From positions 73,852 through 137,851 of the forward strand of contig CAZNOH010000001.1 in NCBI GenBank assembly GCA_964574655.1: a stretch of DNA of 64,000 nucleotides, written 5' to 3'. Both the position numbers and the translations under genes were made by a program. Positions 9,287-17,166 of this stretch are shown piece after piece. The stretch comes from an uncultured Candidatus Saccharibacteria bacterium (GTDB lineage: Bacteria; Patescibacteriota; JABMPQ01; JAQVVF01). Positions within the stretch are counted from its first letter, which is position 1. The number at the start of each line of letters is the position of its first letter. Under the pieces are notes generated by a model. The model was not told the origin of the DNA. It did no database searches and saw only the letters and a list, made by a program, of their open reading frames with translations.

Positions 9287-9874
9287 TTATTTCGTTTTTC
9301 CTGCTAATTTCATTTTCTCGTTATAATGTGCTTCAACTTCTTTTTTTATTTCAGGCCACCTCATAATCCAATTAAGCCCATCACCAGCTGATTTTATTTC
9401 CTGGCTTTCTAAAATTTCTATACGCATGCAAAATCCAGCCTTATTTTTTTCAAGATACAAAAATTGTTTTTGCTCATCTGGCAGATTAAGCAAAAATTCA
9501 TCAGAAAAGTTTGGCCATGAATATTGCCCATCGCGAATCGGACGCAACTCTGTTCCGTTTGGCGCCTGGATATATGGCCTGCTGTGTATATTAAACCTGT
9601 ATATGCCGGATTGCCAATCTGACGTGTCAACTTCAAACCATCCTGGAAAATTTTTGCTTTCTGTCAGATTAACAGCTTCAATTCCAGAAATACGATGGCC
9701 TGGTTTATTTTTTTCAGATTCTTCTTTTACTCGCTCCTGTAATACACGCTGGTCATTGTTATCTATCGGGCCATCGGGGTTTGGTCCGATCCAAAGCTGG
9801 GCCTCGCCTAAACCCAATAATTCCTTATTGAGCAAAAACAAATTTTTGTCTTGGATTTTGATGAAGTTTTCCAT
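9287..9874 (-). CDS. hypothetical protein (cassette ORF)
   Basis: 195 aa; no recognisable domain; flanked by a perfect 23-bp inverted repeat (9267-9289 and 9881-9903). Confidence 0.5.
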   Translation of the reverse strand: MENFIKIQDKNLFLLNKELLGLGEAQLWIGPNPDGPIDNNDQRVLQERVKEESEKNKPGHRISGIEAVNLTESKNFPGWFEVDTSDWQSGIYRFNIHSRPYIQAPNGTELRPIRDGQYSWPNFSDEFLLNLPDEQKQFLYLEKNKAGFCMRIEILESQEIKSAGDGLNWIMRWPEIKKEVEAHYNEKMKLAGKTK

Positions 9875-9908
9875 AGATTTAAAAATTATTGCTTAAAAGC
9901 GAAATTTC

Positions 9909-10008
9909 GCCTAACGTCTGCCGATATGCGACGTTGTTACGACCGCAGGGAGTAACAATGTAGGTGAAGGCCGAGCCGAGGCCTGAACCGCATATCGTGC
10001 TGTTAGGC
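9909..10008. repeat. attC-like imperfect palindrome E4 (GCCTAAC...GTTAGGC)
   Basis: 100 bp; textbook outer boxes RYYYAAC and GTTRRRY; perfect 9-bp inner inverted repeats cgatatgcg/cgcatatcg; further internal palindromes gttgttac/gtaacaa and ggccgagccgaggcc. Confidence 0.6.
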
Positions 10009-10085
10009 GAGGGTTCATTTTGGCTTCCTTATTATAGTTTATCAAGAAAATGCCAAAATGAAAGCGTAGCGTCCCCTTGCGTTTA
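10009..10085. repeat. conserved ~80-bp cassette leader, copy 2
   Basis: Homologous to 9191-9266; internal inverted repeat cattttggc/gccaaaatg shows compensatory changes relative to copy 1. Confidence 0.5.
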
Positions 10086-10121
10086 TTTTTTCAAATTGCT
10101 TTTCACACCAGCTTTCGCTAC

Positions 10122-10151
10122 TTGACAGTTTGCCCGCCCTCGTGGTAATGT
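10122..10151 (+). promoter_or_regulatory. sigma70-like promoter TTGACA-18-TAATGT for the GC-rich ORF
   Basis: Canonical hexamers immediately upstream of SD aaggagg and the ATG at 10214. Confidence 0.45.
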
Positions 10152-10213
10152 GCAATGTCCTTTGGACCGTGCCTCACAAGGGGCGCGAAACCGCACTTTT
10201 AAGGAGGTGCAGG

Positions 10214-10447
10214 ATGGTCAAGAACGAGACCAAGATCAAGGTGTTCGAGGTGGGGAACGGCGACGACGAGTGTGTGAAGCGAAGCCGGAGCGTGGGCGAC
10301 GTGCTCGAGGAGCGCGTCAACGCGTGGCTCAGCGGACAGAGCATCAAGGTTCTGCAGGTCGTTCAGAGCACGAACACGTCGCCCGGGATGGCGAGCTCGA
10401 CCTACTTCAGCGTCACCCTCACGATCGTCTACGAGACGACTCGCTGA
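10214..10447 (+). CDS. small GC-rich xenologous protein (77 aa), possibly dodecin-like
   Basis: About 60% GC against a ~33% background; strong SD aaggagg 6 nt upstream; beta-alpha-beta-beta pattern loosely resembling dodecin flavin-binding proteins (weak); flanked by a 13-bp inverted repeat agtttgcccgccc/gggcgggcaaact. Confidence 0.5.
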   Translation: MVKNETKIKVFEVGNGDDECVKRSRSVGDVLEERVNAWLSGQSIKVLQVVQSTNTSPGMASSTYFSVTLTIVYETTR

Positions 10448-10464
10448 CGAACATCAAACCGCGC

Positions 10465-10509
10465 GCCCGTCCGTGTCCACTGACCAAGCGTTGGTGGGCA
10501 CGGGCGGGC
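10465..10509 (+). terminator. GC-rich hairpin downstream of GC-ORF1 (gcccgtccgtgtccac...gtgggcacgggcgggc)
   Basis: 16-bp imperfect stem followed by a T-rich tract about 30 nt downstream. Confidence 0.4.
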
Positions 10510-10585
10510 AAACTTCATTCACTCTACCGAGTGCTTTTTTATTTTACAAAACTTTCACGAAAAGCAATTTGAAAAAATAAATGTC

Positions 10586-10716
10586 GCTTAACGTTAAGAA
10601 TATCTGAAGTTCATTGTAGCATAGCGGAAATGAATTTGGGTCGAGAAAATTTCTTTTTCATTAATGTAAGGAATATAAAAGTGAGAAATTTTTGAGCCAG
10701 ATATTCTTTGTTATCG
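10586..10716. repeat. attC-like imperfect palindrome E5 (GCTTAAC...GTTATCG)
   Basis: 131 bp; perfect 11-bp inner inverted repeats aagaatatctg/cagatattctt; RYYYAAC outer box; reverse strand reads ...GTTAAGC (a GTTRRRY fit). Confidence 0.5.
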
Positions 10717-10734
10717 GATGTTTTACTCACGGTT

Positions 10735-11166
10735 TTATTGGAATAATTCCCTAATTTCATCCACATAAGGTTTTAGTTCATCAAACGACAAGTCCTGTTT
10801 AGTTTTGGGATCCCTATGAAAAAGATGATATTCAGGAAGCCTACTTTTATCACCATCCGTGCGAGGCATTACGTGAAAATGGAAATGTTCGACCATCTGT
10901 CCTGCATATTGACCTTCATTGAAACCATAATTAAAACCAGTTGGCTTCAAATATTCTTCATATTTTTTAGAAACCATTTGAACTGTAGTAATGAGGTCAA
11001 TCAATTCATCTTTGGTTAGTTCGCGAATATTTGTCACATGTCGTTTTGGCACCACAATACATTGTCCTTTATTTGCAGGACGAAAATTATGAATAACACG
11101 AACATTTTCATTTTCATACAATGATTGCGCTTCGATTATTTTTGGATCACAAAACGGACAGGTCAT
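10735..11166 (-). CDS. HIT-family (histidine triad) nucleotide hydrolase
   Basis: 143 aa; HFHFHVMPR histidine-triad motif; N-terminal CPFC. Confidence 0.8.
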   Translation of the reverse strand: MTCPFCDPKIIEAQSLYENENVRVIHNFRPANKGQCIVVPKRHVTNIRELTKDELIDLITTVQMVSKKYEEYLKPTGFNYGFNEGQYAGQMVEHFHFHVMPRTDGDKSRLPEYHLFHRDPKTKQDLSFDELKPYVDEIRELFQ

Positions 11167-11198
11167 ATTTTTAAAATTAAGTGAGTGAGCAAAATTTC

Positions 11199-11385
11199 CG
11201 ATAACGTTCCCGAGTATGCGAAGCCGCGCTATTGTTTTCAGTACAAACTTACGCTTTCAGATAATACTATTTTAGCACTTCAGACACTCGATTTCAAGAA
11301 GCGCGGTTTGGGAGAGGAAAATAGCGATACCTTTGAAAATATAAAAATTATCGCTATTTTCTGAACCGCATACTCGGTGTTATCG
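11199..11385. repeat. attC-like long imperfect palindrome E6 (CGATAAC...GTTATCG)
   Basis: 187 bp; perfect 10-bp inner inverted repeats cgagtatgcg/cgcatactcg; nested inverted repeats aagccgcgc/gcgcggttt and aaatagcgata/tatcgctattt. Confidence 0.45.
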
Positions 11386-11570
11386 GATGTAAATTATTTT
11401 CATTTTTCGATTTTTTTCAACTATTCAAGGGCGAATTTTGATTCCGTTTGGCGGGGGCGCAAGAGGGGAATAAAAGGGGTGAATTGCGCCCCCGCCAATC
11501 ACTTCGTTTAAAATGAAGAAGGCCAGCGGTAATTTTCGATTGCTCGAATTTCCCGCTGGCTTAGCCCTCC

Positions 11571-12035
11571 CTATTTCTCGCAAACACCGACGAGTACGCA
11601 GTGAGGACCGCAACGATCATCGTCGGCGTATTGCTTGAGGCCGCGCGTAGGACCTCCACTGATAAAGAAGCTGCTCCTCGAACCCCCAATGAAGGCCATA
11701 TACGGGGCATCATTCAGTCCCAAATTATGGTCTTTTGCAGGGGGCAAGAGAGCTTCTGCGGGGTCGCAGAGACGCACGCCAACCTCACGAAAAGCGGCTT
11801 CCACGTCCGCACGGTAGACGATCCCGTCTGCACGCTTGAACAGCTTGCCGGAGACGATGCAGAACATCACCGTCTCGACACCCTGCCGCTCGGTCGGGAA
11901 GTTGTTGTCGGTGATGTCCCTGTCTACGCCATGGTATTGACCCTCACTGGCGAGTTGGGCGATGATGTGCGAGTTCCTGTTGAGCTGGAGCACGATCTTG
12001 TTGTCCGCGATTGCTCTTTTGAGTGTTTGCGACAT
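11571..12035 (-). CDS. GC-rich xenologous hypothetical protein (154 aa)
   Basis: About 58% GC with strong GC3 bias at the 5' end; SD aaaggagag 5 nt upstream of the ATG; two GC-rich hairpins downstream (tggcgggggcgca...tgcgcccccgcca; gccagcgg...ccgctggc); no confident family. Confidence 0.5.
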   Translation of the reverse strand: MSQTLKRAIADNKIVLQLNRNSHIIAQLASEGQYHGVDRDITDNNFPTERQGVETVMFCIVSGKLFKRADGIVYRADVEAAFREVGVRLCDPAEALLPPAKDHNLGLNDAPYMAFIGGSRSSFFISGGPTRGLKQYADDDRCGPHCVLVGVCEK

Positions 12036-12104
12036 TTTCACTCTCCTTTTGTGTTTGTCTTTCCCCGCACCCGTCGCGGAGTTAGACAATTTAATCTATC
12101 ATGT

Positions 12105-12134
12105 ATATAATACTTGTAAATACTATATGTCAGT
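12105..12134 (-). promoter_or_regulatory. candidate promoter (CTGACA-18-TTATAT) reading into the cassette array
   Basis: On the minus strand, about 70 nt upstream of the GC-ORF2 start; a Pc-like position. Confidence 0.3.
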
Positions 12135-12265
12135 AAATAATGATAAAATATGCTAAAATAAAGCAAAATAATGAGATAAATTACAAAATGTAAGTAATTA
12201 TTGACACAATTTAGCTGTTGTGATAGGATAGAAAAATCTATCTTGGATATTTAGCCACCAAACCT

Positions 12266-13051
12266 ATGGAAAACTTAATCAAAGATCTCGGACTTGATGA
12301 AAACGAGGCGAATGTATATCAAGCCCTTTTGGAACTTGGGCCGTCTACTGTTAGCCAAATAACAAGAAAAGCGGGAATTACCCGAACATTCGGCTATCAA
12401 ATTTTAGAAAAGTTAAGTGTGTATGGATTTGTCAATCGTGTATCGGGGGAGGGTGCAAAAATTCGTTTTGTAGCAGAACACCCGAGACGCTTAGTGCAGT
12501 TTATCCAAAACAGAAAAAATCAATGGGAAAGACGTCTTAAAGAAGCAGAAGACAGATTACCTGATTTAGTATCTTTGTATAAACTTGCCGATAAACCTAC
12601 TATTAAATATCTGGAAGGCATAGAAGGAGTAAAGTCAATTTTCATCCAAACACTTGAGTCAAAAGAGGAAATTTTTTCTATTTTGGACATCGAGGGTTGG
12701 GATATTCCTGAATTTCAAAGTTGGGGTAGAGAATATAACCGAGAAAGAAGTGCGCGGAAAGTAAAAGAAAGAATACTTATGTATGACACGCCACAAGGTA
12801 GGGAGTGGATGGATGACTATCGGGGTTCGTTCAAATATACAAACTGTCGTTGGATAAAGCCCGAAGATTTACCAGGAATTAGAGAATTCGGTGGCGAAAT
12901 AAATGTTTATGAAAATAAAGTTGTAATGGCCTTGCTGAAAAAGCCAAACATAATGGGGGTGGTGATTGAAAGCCAAGCATTGTCAAATATTTTAAAAGGT
13001 TTGTTTGAGTTGGCGTGGAAGCAAGGTATTGAAGTCAAAAGAAAAAAATAA
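12266..13051 (+). CDS. TrmB-family transcriptional regulator
   Basis: 261 aa; N-terminal wHTH LGLDENEANVYQALLELGPSTVSQITRKAGITRTFGYQILEKL typical of TrmB; promoter TTGACA-17-TAGGAT at about 12203. Confidence 0.65.
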   Translation: MENLIKDLGLDENEANVYQALLELGPSTVSQITRKAGITRTFGYQILEKLSVYGFVNRVSGEGAKIRFVAEHPRRLVQFIQNRKNQWERRLKEAEDRLPDLVSLYKLADKPTIKYLEGIEGVKSIFIQTLESKEEIFSILDIEGWDIPEFQSWGREYNRERSARKVKERILMYDTPQGREWMDDYRGSFKYTNCRWIKPEDLPGIREFGGEINVYENKVVMALLKKPNIMGVVIESQALSNILKGLFELAWKQGIEVKRKK

Positions 13052-13057
13052 AAAATC

Positions 13058-13083
13058 GTCCCGCCCGAGTATACGGGCGGGAC
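13058..13083 (+). terminator. GC-rich hairpin gtcccgcccg-agtata-cgggcgggac
   Basis: Perfect 10-bp stem after the trmB-like stop; no T-run, so it could be a recombination or regulatory site instead. Confidence 0.35.
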
Positions 13084-13260
13084 ATCATATTTCCCCTAAT
13101 CAAATAATTATCAAAATTCGCCCCTCAATTATCAAAAAAATCGAAAAATGAAAATAATTTATTTCCGATAACTCGTTTATATCTATAATGTTTACAAATA
13201 GTATGCTAAATTTTGTATAATTGTGCTATATTATTGTTGTAAAAAGTAATTTTTTATTTA

Positions 13261-14072
13261 TGCCTAGTTTAATAGAAATTATGAAGCGGGACATGGAAAT
13301 CCTAAATTACAGCCAAAAGACAATTGATGCTTATCAACGAAATATTGCGGAATTGTATAGATTTGTAAAAAAGCCATTGAGGAATTTAGATGAGAATTCG
13401 ATAAAGGATTTTTTGAGCCAGAAACAGAAAAAAGGTTTATCAAGTCAGTCCATTGCTTTGGCGGTGAATGCGATTAATTTTCTTTATACTCGCATATACA
13501 AGGATCCTGATTATAAAAAAATGCGACATCCTAAGCGTTCTAAACGTTTGCCAGTGGTATTGTTGAAATCAGAGATTGAAAGAATTATTGAGCAGACAAA
13601 TAATAGAAAACATAAATTAATTATTGCATTGGCGTATGCTGGTGGTTTGCGTGTTAGTGAGGTTGTCAGTCTCAAGGTTCAAGATATTGATATAGATGCT
13701 TTGACATTGATAGTTCGACAGGGGAAAGGAAAAAAGGATAGATTAACAGTGCTTTCTAAAAGAATTATATCAGATTTGAGTGAAATGATAAATGGCAAGC
13801 ATAGTTTTGATTATGTTTTTGAAAGTGAACGAGGTGGCAAGTTGACTGTAACAACAGTTCAAAAAGTATTTAGCAAATGTTTAGAAAAATCAGGGGTTAA
13901 AAAACCTGTGACTTTTCATTCTTTGCGCCATAGTTTTGCAACGCACTTGTTAGAGAATGGCACTGATATTCGCTATATTCAAGAATTGCTAGGACATCAA
14001 AATATTCGAACAACGCAAATTTATACGCAAGTAACGAATCCGAGTATTAGGAAAATTGTAAGTCCGTTTTAG
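13261..14072 (+). CDS. tyrosine site-specific recombinase (XerC/XerD/IntI-like)
   Basis: C-terminal HSLRHSFATHLL...LLGHQNIRTTQIYTQV (R-H-R-Y catalytic region); RLPVVL and GKGKKDR boxes; N-terminal SAM-like core-binding domain resembling IntI/Xer; an alternative start at 13221 is possible. Confidence 0.85.
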
Positions 14073-14133
14073 AAAAGTAAAAAGTCAAAAGTAAAAAGGT
14101 AAAAGTTACAAGTAAAAATTAAAAAGTATTTTT

Positions 14134-17100
14134 ATGATAGGAAAGCCATCTGAAGAAATAAAAGAGCGGTTGGATATTGTGGATTTGATTTCAGAATATA
14201 TTCAACTAACACCTGCTGGTGTTAATAATTTTAAAGCAAGGTGTCCTTTTCATAATGAAAAAACGCCGTCTCTTTTTGTATCCAAAGATAAGCAGATTTT
14301 TAAATGTTTTGGATGTTTTCCCAAGGGTGCAATCATTAGAACGGTAGAAGGCAACAAGGCAATTGATCGATTGAAAATTGGTGATTTAGTCTTGACGCAT
14401 AAAAGTCGATATAAGCCGGTAATTAAGTTATTTAAAAGAGATTATAAGGGACTTATGGTTGATGTTATAACGCGAAAATTGAATGAAGTTGTTTCTCTGA
14501 CTTCTGATCATAAAGTTTTTGTAATAAAAACAATAAATTGTAAACAAAAAAATAGAGAATCAAGGATTTGCCAACTACGATGTACGCAGAATTGTCCGAC
14601 TAAATATTTTAAGGATTATAAAATTAAAAAAATATTAGCAGGAGAATTGAAGCAGAATGATTATTTGCTTTATCCAATCGATGAAAAAGTTGTTGATATA
14701 AAAAAAATAAATTTAAAAAAATATTTGACTAAGAAAAAACCAATTCATGGCAAGGAGATTAGAAAATTGCCTGATTACTTAACTGTTAATTCTGATTTAT
14801 TAAAGTTATTAGGCTATTGGATTGCTGAGGGCAGTAGTCATCGAGCATATATCAGATTTAGTCTTGGCAATCATGAAGAAATTTTTGCTAATGATATTGT
14901 AAAATTGCTTTTTAAAGTTTTTAAATTAAAAGCAAGTATTTATCGAAGAAAAAATACTGAAAAAACAGGCTTAGAGATAACTTGTTGCAATTCTAATTTG
15001 GCGAATATTTTTGAAAATTTGTGTGGAAAGGGTGCTTTGAATAAACATATACCATTTGAATTTGTGAATTTACTTGCTAGAAAACAAAGAATTTTGTTAG
15101 AGGCGATTCATCGAGGGGATGGTTATCAAGGGTTTGTGAATGATAGTAAAAGAAAATATAGAGCAATTACGGTAATTTCTAGAACTTTGACAGATCAGAT
15201 GAAAGAGATTTTGTTGCGTTTAAATTTAATGCCAACTTTGTTTATTGCTGATGAAAAAGTTGACAAGAAAGGGGTTCGTCATAAAAAATCTTACACTCTA
15301 AGCTGGCAGGAAAATATTTTAGGGCATTATGCTGATTTTTATAGATTTGATAAAATTAAATATTGGATTTTGCCAATAAGAAAAATTGTGAAAAGAAAAT
15401 TTTCTGGAACTGTTTATAATTTGATGGTAAAAGATGATCATTCTTATACAACAACAAATTTTACAGTTGGTAATTGTGGAGAGGGCGGCGATGTTTTTTC
15501 TTTTGTGATGAAAATGGAAGGATTGGAATTTGTTGATGCATTAAGAATTTTGGCGGTTAAAGCTGGCGTGGAATTGAAACGCGAACAGCCAGAATTTTAT
15601 TCTAAGCGAGCAAGAGTTTTAGAAATTTTAAAATTATCAGCGGAATATTATAATTTAGCATTATTAAAAAGTAAAAGCGGACAAATTGCTAGGGATTATA
15701 TTGCGACAAGGAAATTAAAATCAGAAACTGTTAGTCAATTTAAATTAGGATTTTCACCTGATGATTGGGAAATGCTGTCTAGGTTTTTAAAGTCTCGTGG
15801 ATTCAGAGATGATGAAATTTTAGCAAGTGGAATGGTTGTGCCAAAAGATTATGGCAGATATTATGATCGATTTAGATTTAGATTAATGTTTCCGATTTGG
15901 GATGGACAGAATAATGTGGTTGGATTTACGGCCAGACAATTGAGAGAAGAAAAAAATATGGGCAAGTATATTAATACTTCGCAAAGCTTGGTTTATGATA
16001 AGAGCCGAGTGATTTATGGATTGAATTTTGCTAAGTCAGATATAAGAAGAGAGGATAGGGTGGTAATAGTTGAGGGCAATATGGATGTGATTGCATCGCA
16101 TCAGGCAGGAGTTAAAAATGTTGTGGCATCTTCTGGGACGGCTTTGACTTCAATGCAAATTGATTTGATAAAAAGGTATACAAATAATGTTGTTTTTTCT
16201 TTTGATATGGATTTGGCTGGAAATATGGCAACACAGAGAGGAATTGATTTGGCATTGGAATCAGGATTGAATATTAAAGTGGCAGTACCTAAAAAAAACA
16301 ATGACGTGAAAGATCCTGATGATATTATAAAAACAGAAGGCGTTAAGGCATGGAAAGATGTAATTAATTCGGCAAAATCAATTATGGATTATTATTTTGA
16401 AAGCAATGCAGAAAAATTAAATTTAACTGAAGTTTTAGATAAAAAAATAATGGCAAAGTTTTTATTGCCAAAGATTAAAAAAATTCCGGACAAGGTTGAG
16501 CAGGCGCATTATTTGCAAAAATTGGCAGGATTGCTTTTGGTTGGTGAGGATATTTTGCGAGAAGCAATGGGAAAAACACGAGTTTTACATGGCTATGGAA
16601 GATCGGCAAGTGCAAAAGCATCCGCCTTCGCTCCAACTGTGGTTGGAGCTTCCACCTACGCAAATGCTTCGGCGGACAAGCCGGTGGACAAAGAAAGCGA
16701 AACTGAATTGTTGCAGGAGCGTCTTTTTGGCTTGATAATGTCTGATTTTGAGAACTTTAAAAAGCTAGAAAGCTTTGATTTAGGGTTATTTAATGATCAA
16801 ATAAGTTCACTTTACAAAAGAATAAAAGAATATTATAATGATAACAAATCATTTGAGTTCAACGTCTTTAGTTCTGAATTAGAAAAGGATTCAGTTGTTT
16901 TGTCTTTATTTGCCAAGGAGCTAGTTTTGGGGATTGAAAAGGAGCAAAGTCAGCGAGAGAAAGGTGAAATTTTTGAAATCAAAAAAGAGGTAGATAGATG
17001 CCTGAACAGATTGACAGAAAATGATTTAAAGAAAAGATTAATGGATATTGAGGCGCAAATGCGCAATGCAGAGGTCAGCAAAAATGTAGAGAAGGTTACT

Positions 17101-17163
17101 GATTTGAGCAAGCAGTTTAATGTTTTGTCACAAAAGTTAGATAAAGTTAACGAGATTATCTAA
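14134..17163 (+). CDS. dnaG: DNA primase DnaG interrupted by an intein
   Basis: CPFHNEKTPSLF...FKCFG | intein | CGEGGDVFSFVM reconstitutes the zinc-binding CHC2 motif; TOPRIM VVIVEGNMDVIASHQAG; 1009 aa including a 387-aa intein. Confidence 0.9.
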   Translation: MIGKPSEEIKERLDIVDLISEYIQLTPAGVNNFKARCPFHNEKTPSLFVSKDKQIFKCFGCFPKGAIIRTVEGNKAIDRLKIGDLVLTHKSRYKPVIKLFKRDYKGLMVDVITRKLNEVVSLTSDHKVFVIKTINCKQKNRESRICQLRCTQNCPTKYFKDYKIKKILAGELKQNDYLLYPIDEKVVDIKKINLKKYLTKKKPIHGKEIRKLPDYLTVNSDLLKLLGYWIAEGSSHRAYIRFSLGNHEEIFANDIVKLLFKVFKLKASIYRRKNTEKTGLEITCCNSNLANIFENLCGKGALNKHIPFEFVNLLARKQRILLEAIHRGDGYQGFVNDSKRKYRAITVISRTLTDQMKEILLRLNLMPTLFIADEKVDKKGVRHKKSYTLSWQENILGHYADFYRFDKIKYWILPIRKIVKRKFSGTVYNLMVKDDHSYTTTNFTVGNCGEGGDVFSFVMKMEGLEFVDALRILAVKAGVELKREQPEFYSKRARVLEILKLSAEYYNLALLKSKSGQIARDYIATRKLKSETVSQFKLGFSPDDWEMLSRFLKSRGFRDDEILASGMVVPKDYGRYYDRFRFRLMFPIWDGQNNVVGFTARQLREEKNMGKYINTSQSLVYDKSRVIYGLNFAKSDIRREDRVVIVEGNMDVIASHQAGVKNVVASSGTALTSMQIDLIKRYTNNVVFSFDMDLAGNMATQRGIDLALESGLNIKVAVPKKNNDVKDPDDIIKTEGVKAWKDVINSAKSIMDYYFESNAEKLNLTEVLDKKIMAKFLLPKIKKIPDKVEQAHYLQKLAGLLLVGEDILREAMGKTRVLHGYGRSASAKASAFAPTVVGASTYANASADKPVDKESETELLQERLFGLIMSDFENFKKLESFDLGLFNDQISSLYKRIKEYYNDNKSFEFNVFSSELEKDSVVLSLFAKELVLGIEKEQSQREKGEIFEIKKEVDRCLNRLTENDLKKRLMDIEAQMRNAEVSKNVEKVTDLSKQFNVLSQKLDKVNEII
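14314..15474 (+). mobile_element. intein with LAGLIDADG homing endonuclease inside dnaG
   Basis: Starts with Cys (CFPKGAIIRT); block B TSDHKV; two LAGLIDADG motifs (LLGYWIAEGSS and LLEAIHRGDGYQG); ends ...NFTVGN followed by the Cys+1 of the extein. Confidence 0.8.
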
Positions 17164-17166
17164 AAT

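Noticed and set aside
10150-10572. 140-aa Arg-rich ORF (+ strand) overlapping the GC-rich cassette
   Set aside because: Arg/Gly-rich translation typical of an alternative frame of high-GC DNA. The in-phase 77-aa ORF has SD plus promoter and a sensible amino-acid composition.
11425-11613. 62-aa minus-strand ORF
   Set aside because: Lies within the GC-rich hairpin/terminator region downstream of the 11571 gene, with Pro/Arg-rich composition; judged spurious.
11601-12110. 169-aa + strand ORF across the second GC-rich segment
   Set aside because: No SD. It lies antisense to an ORF with strong SD and marked GC3 bias. Long antisense ORFs are expected in high-GC DNA.
16101-16735. Short ORFs (16101..16301 -, 16475..16663 -, 16496..16735 +) inside dnaG
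   Set aside because: Embedded within a confidently assigned essential gene; frame-shadow ORFs.
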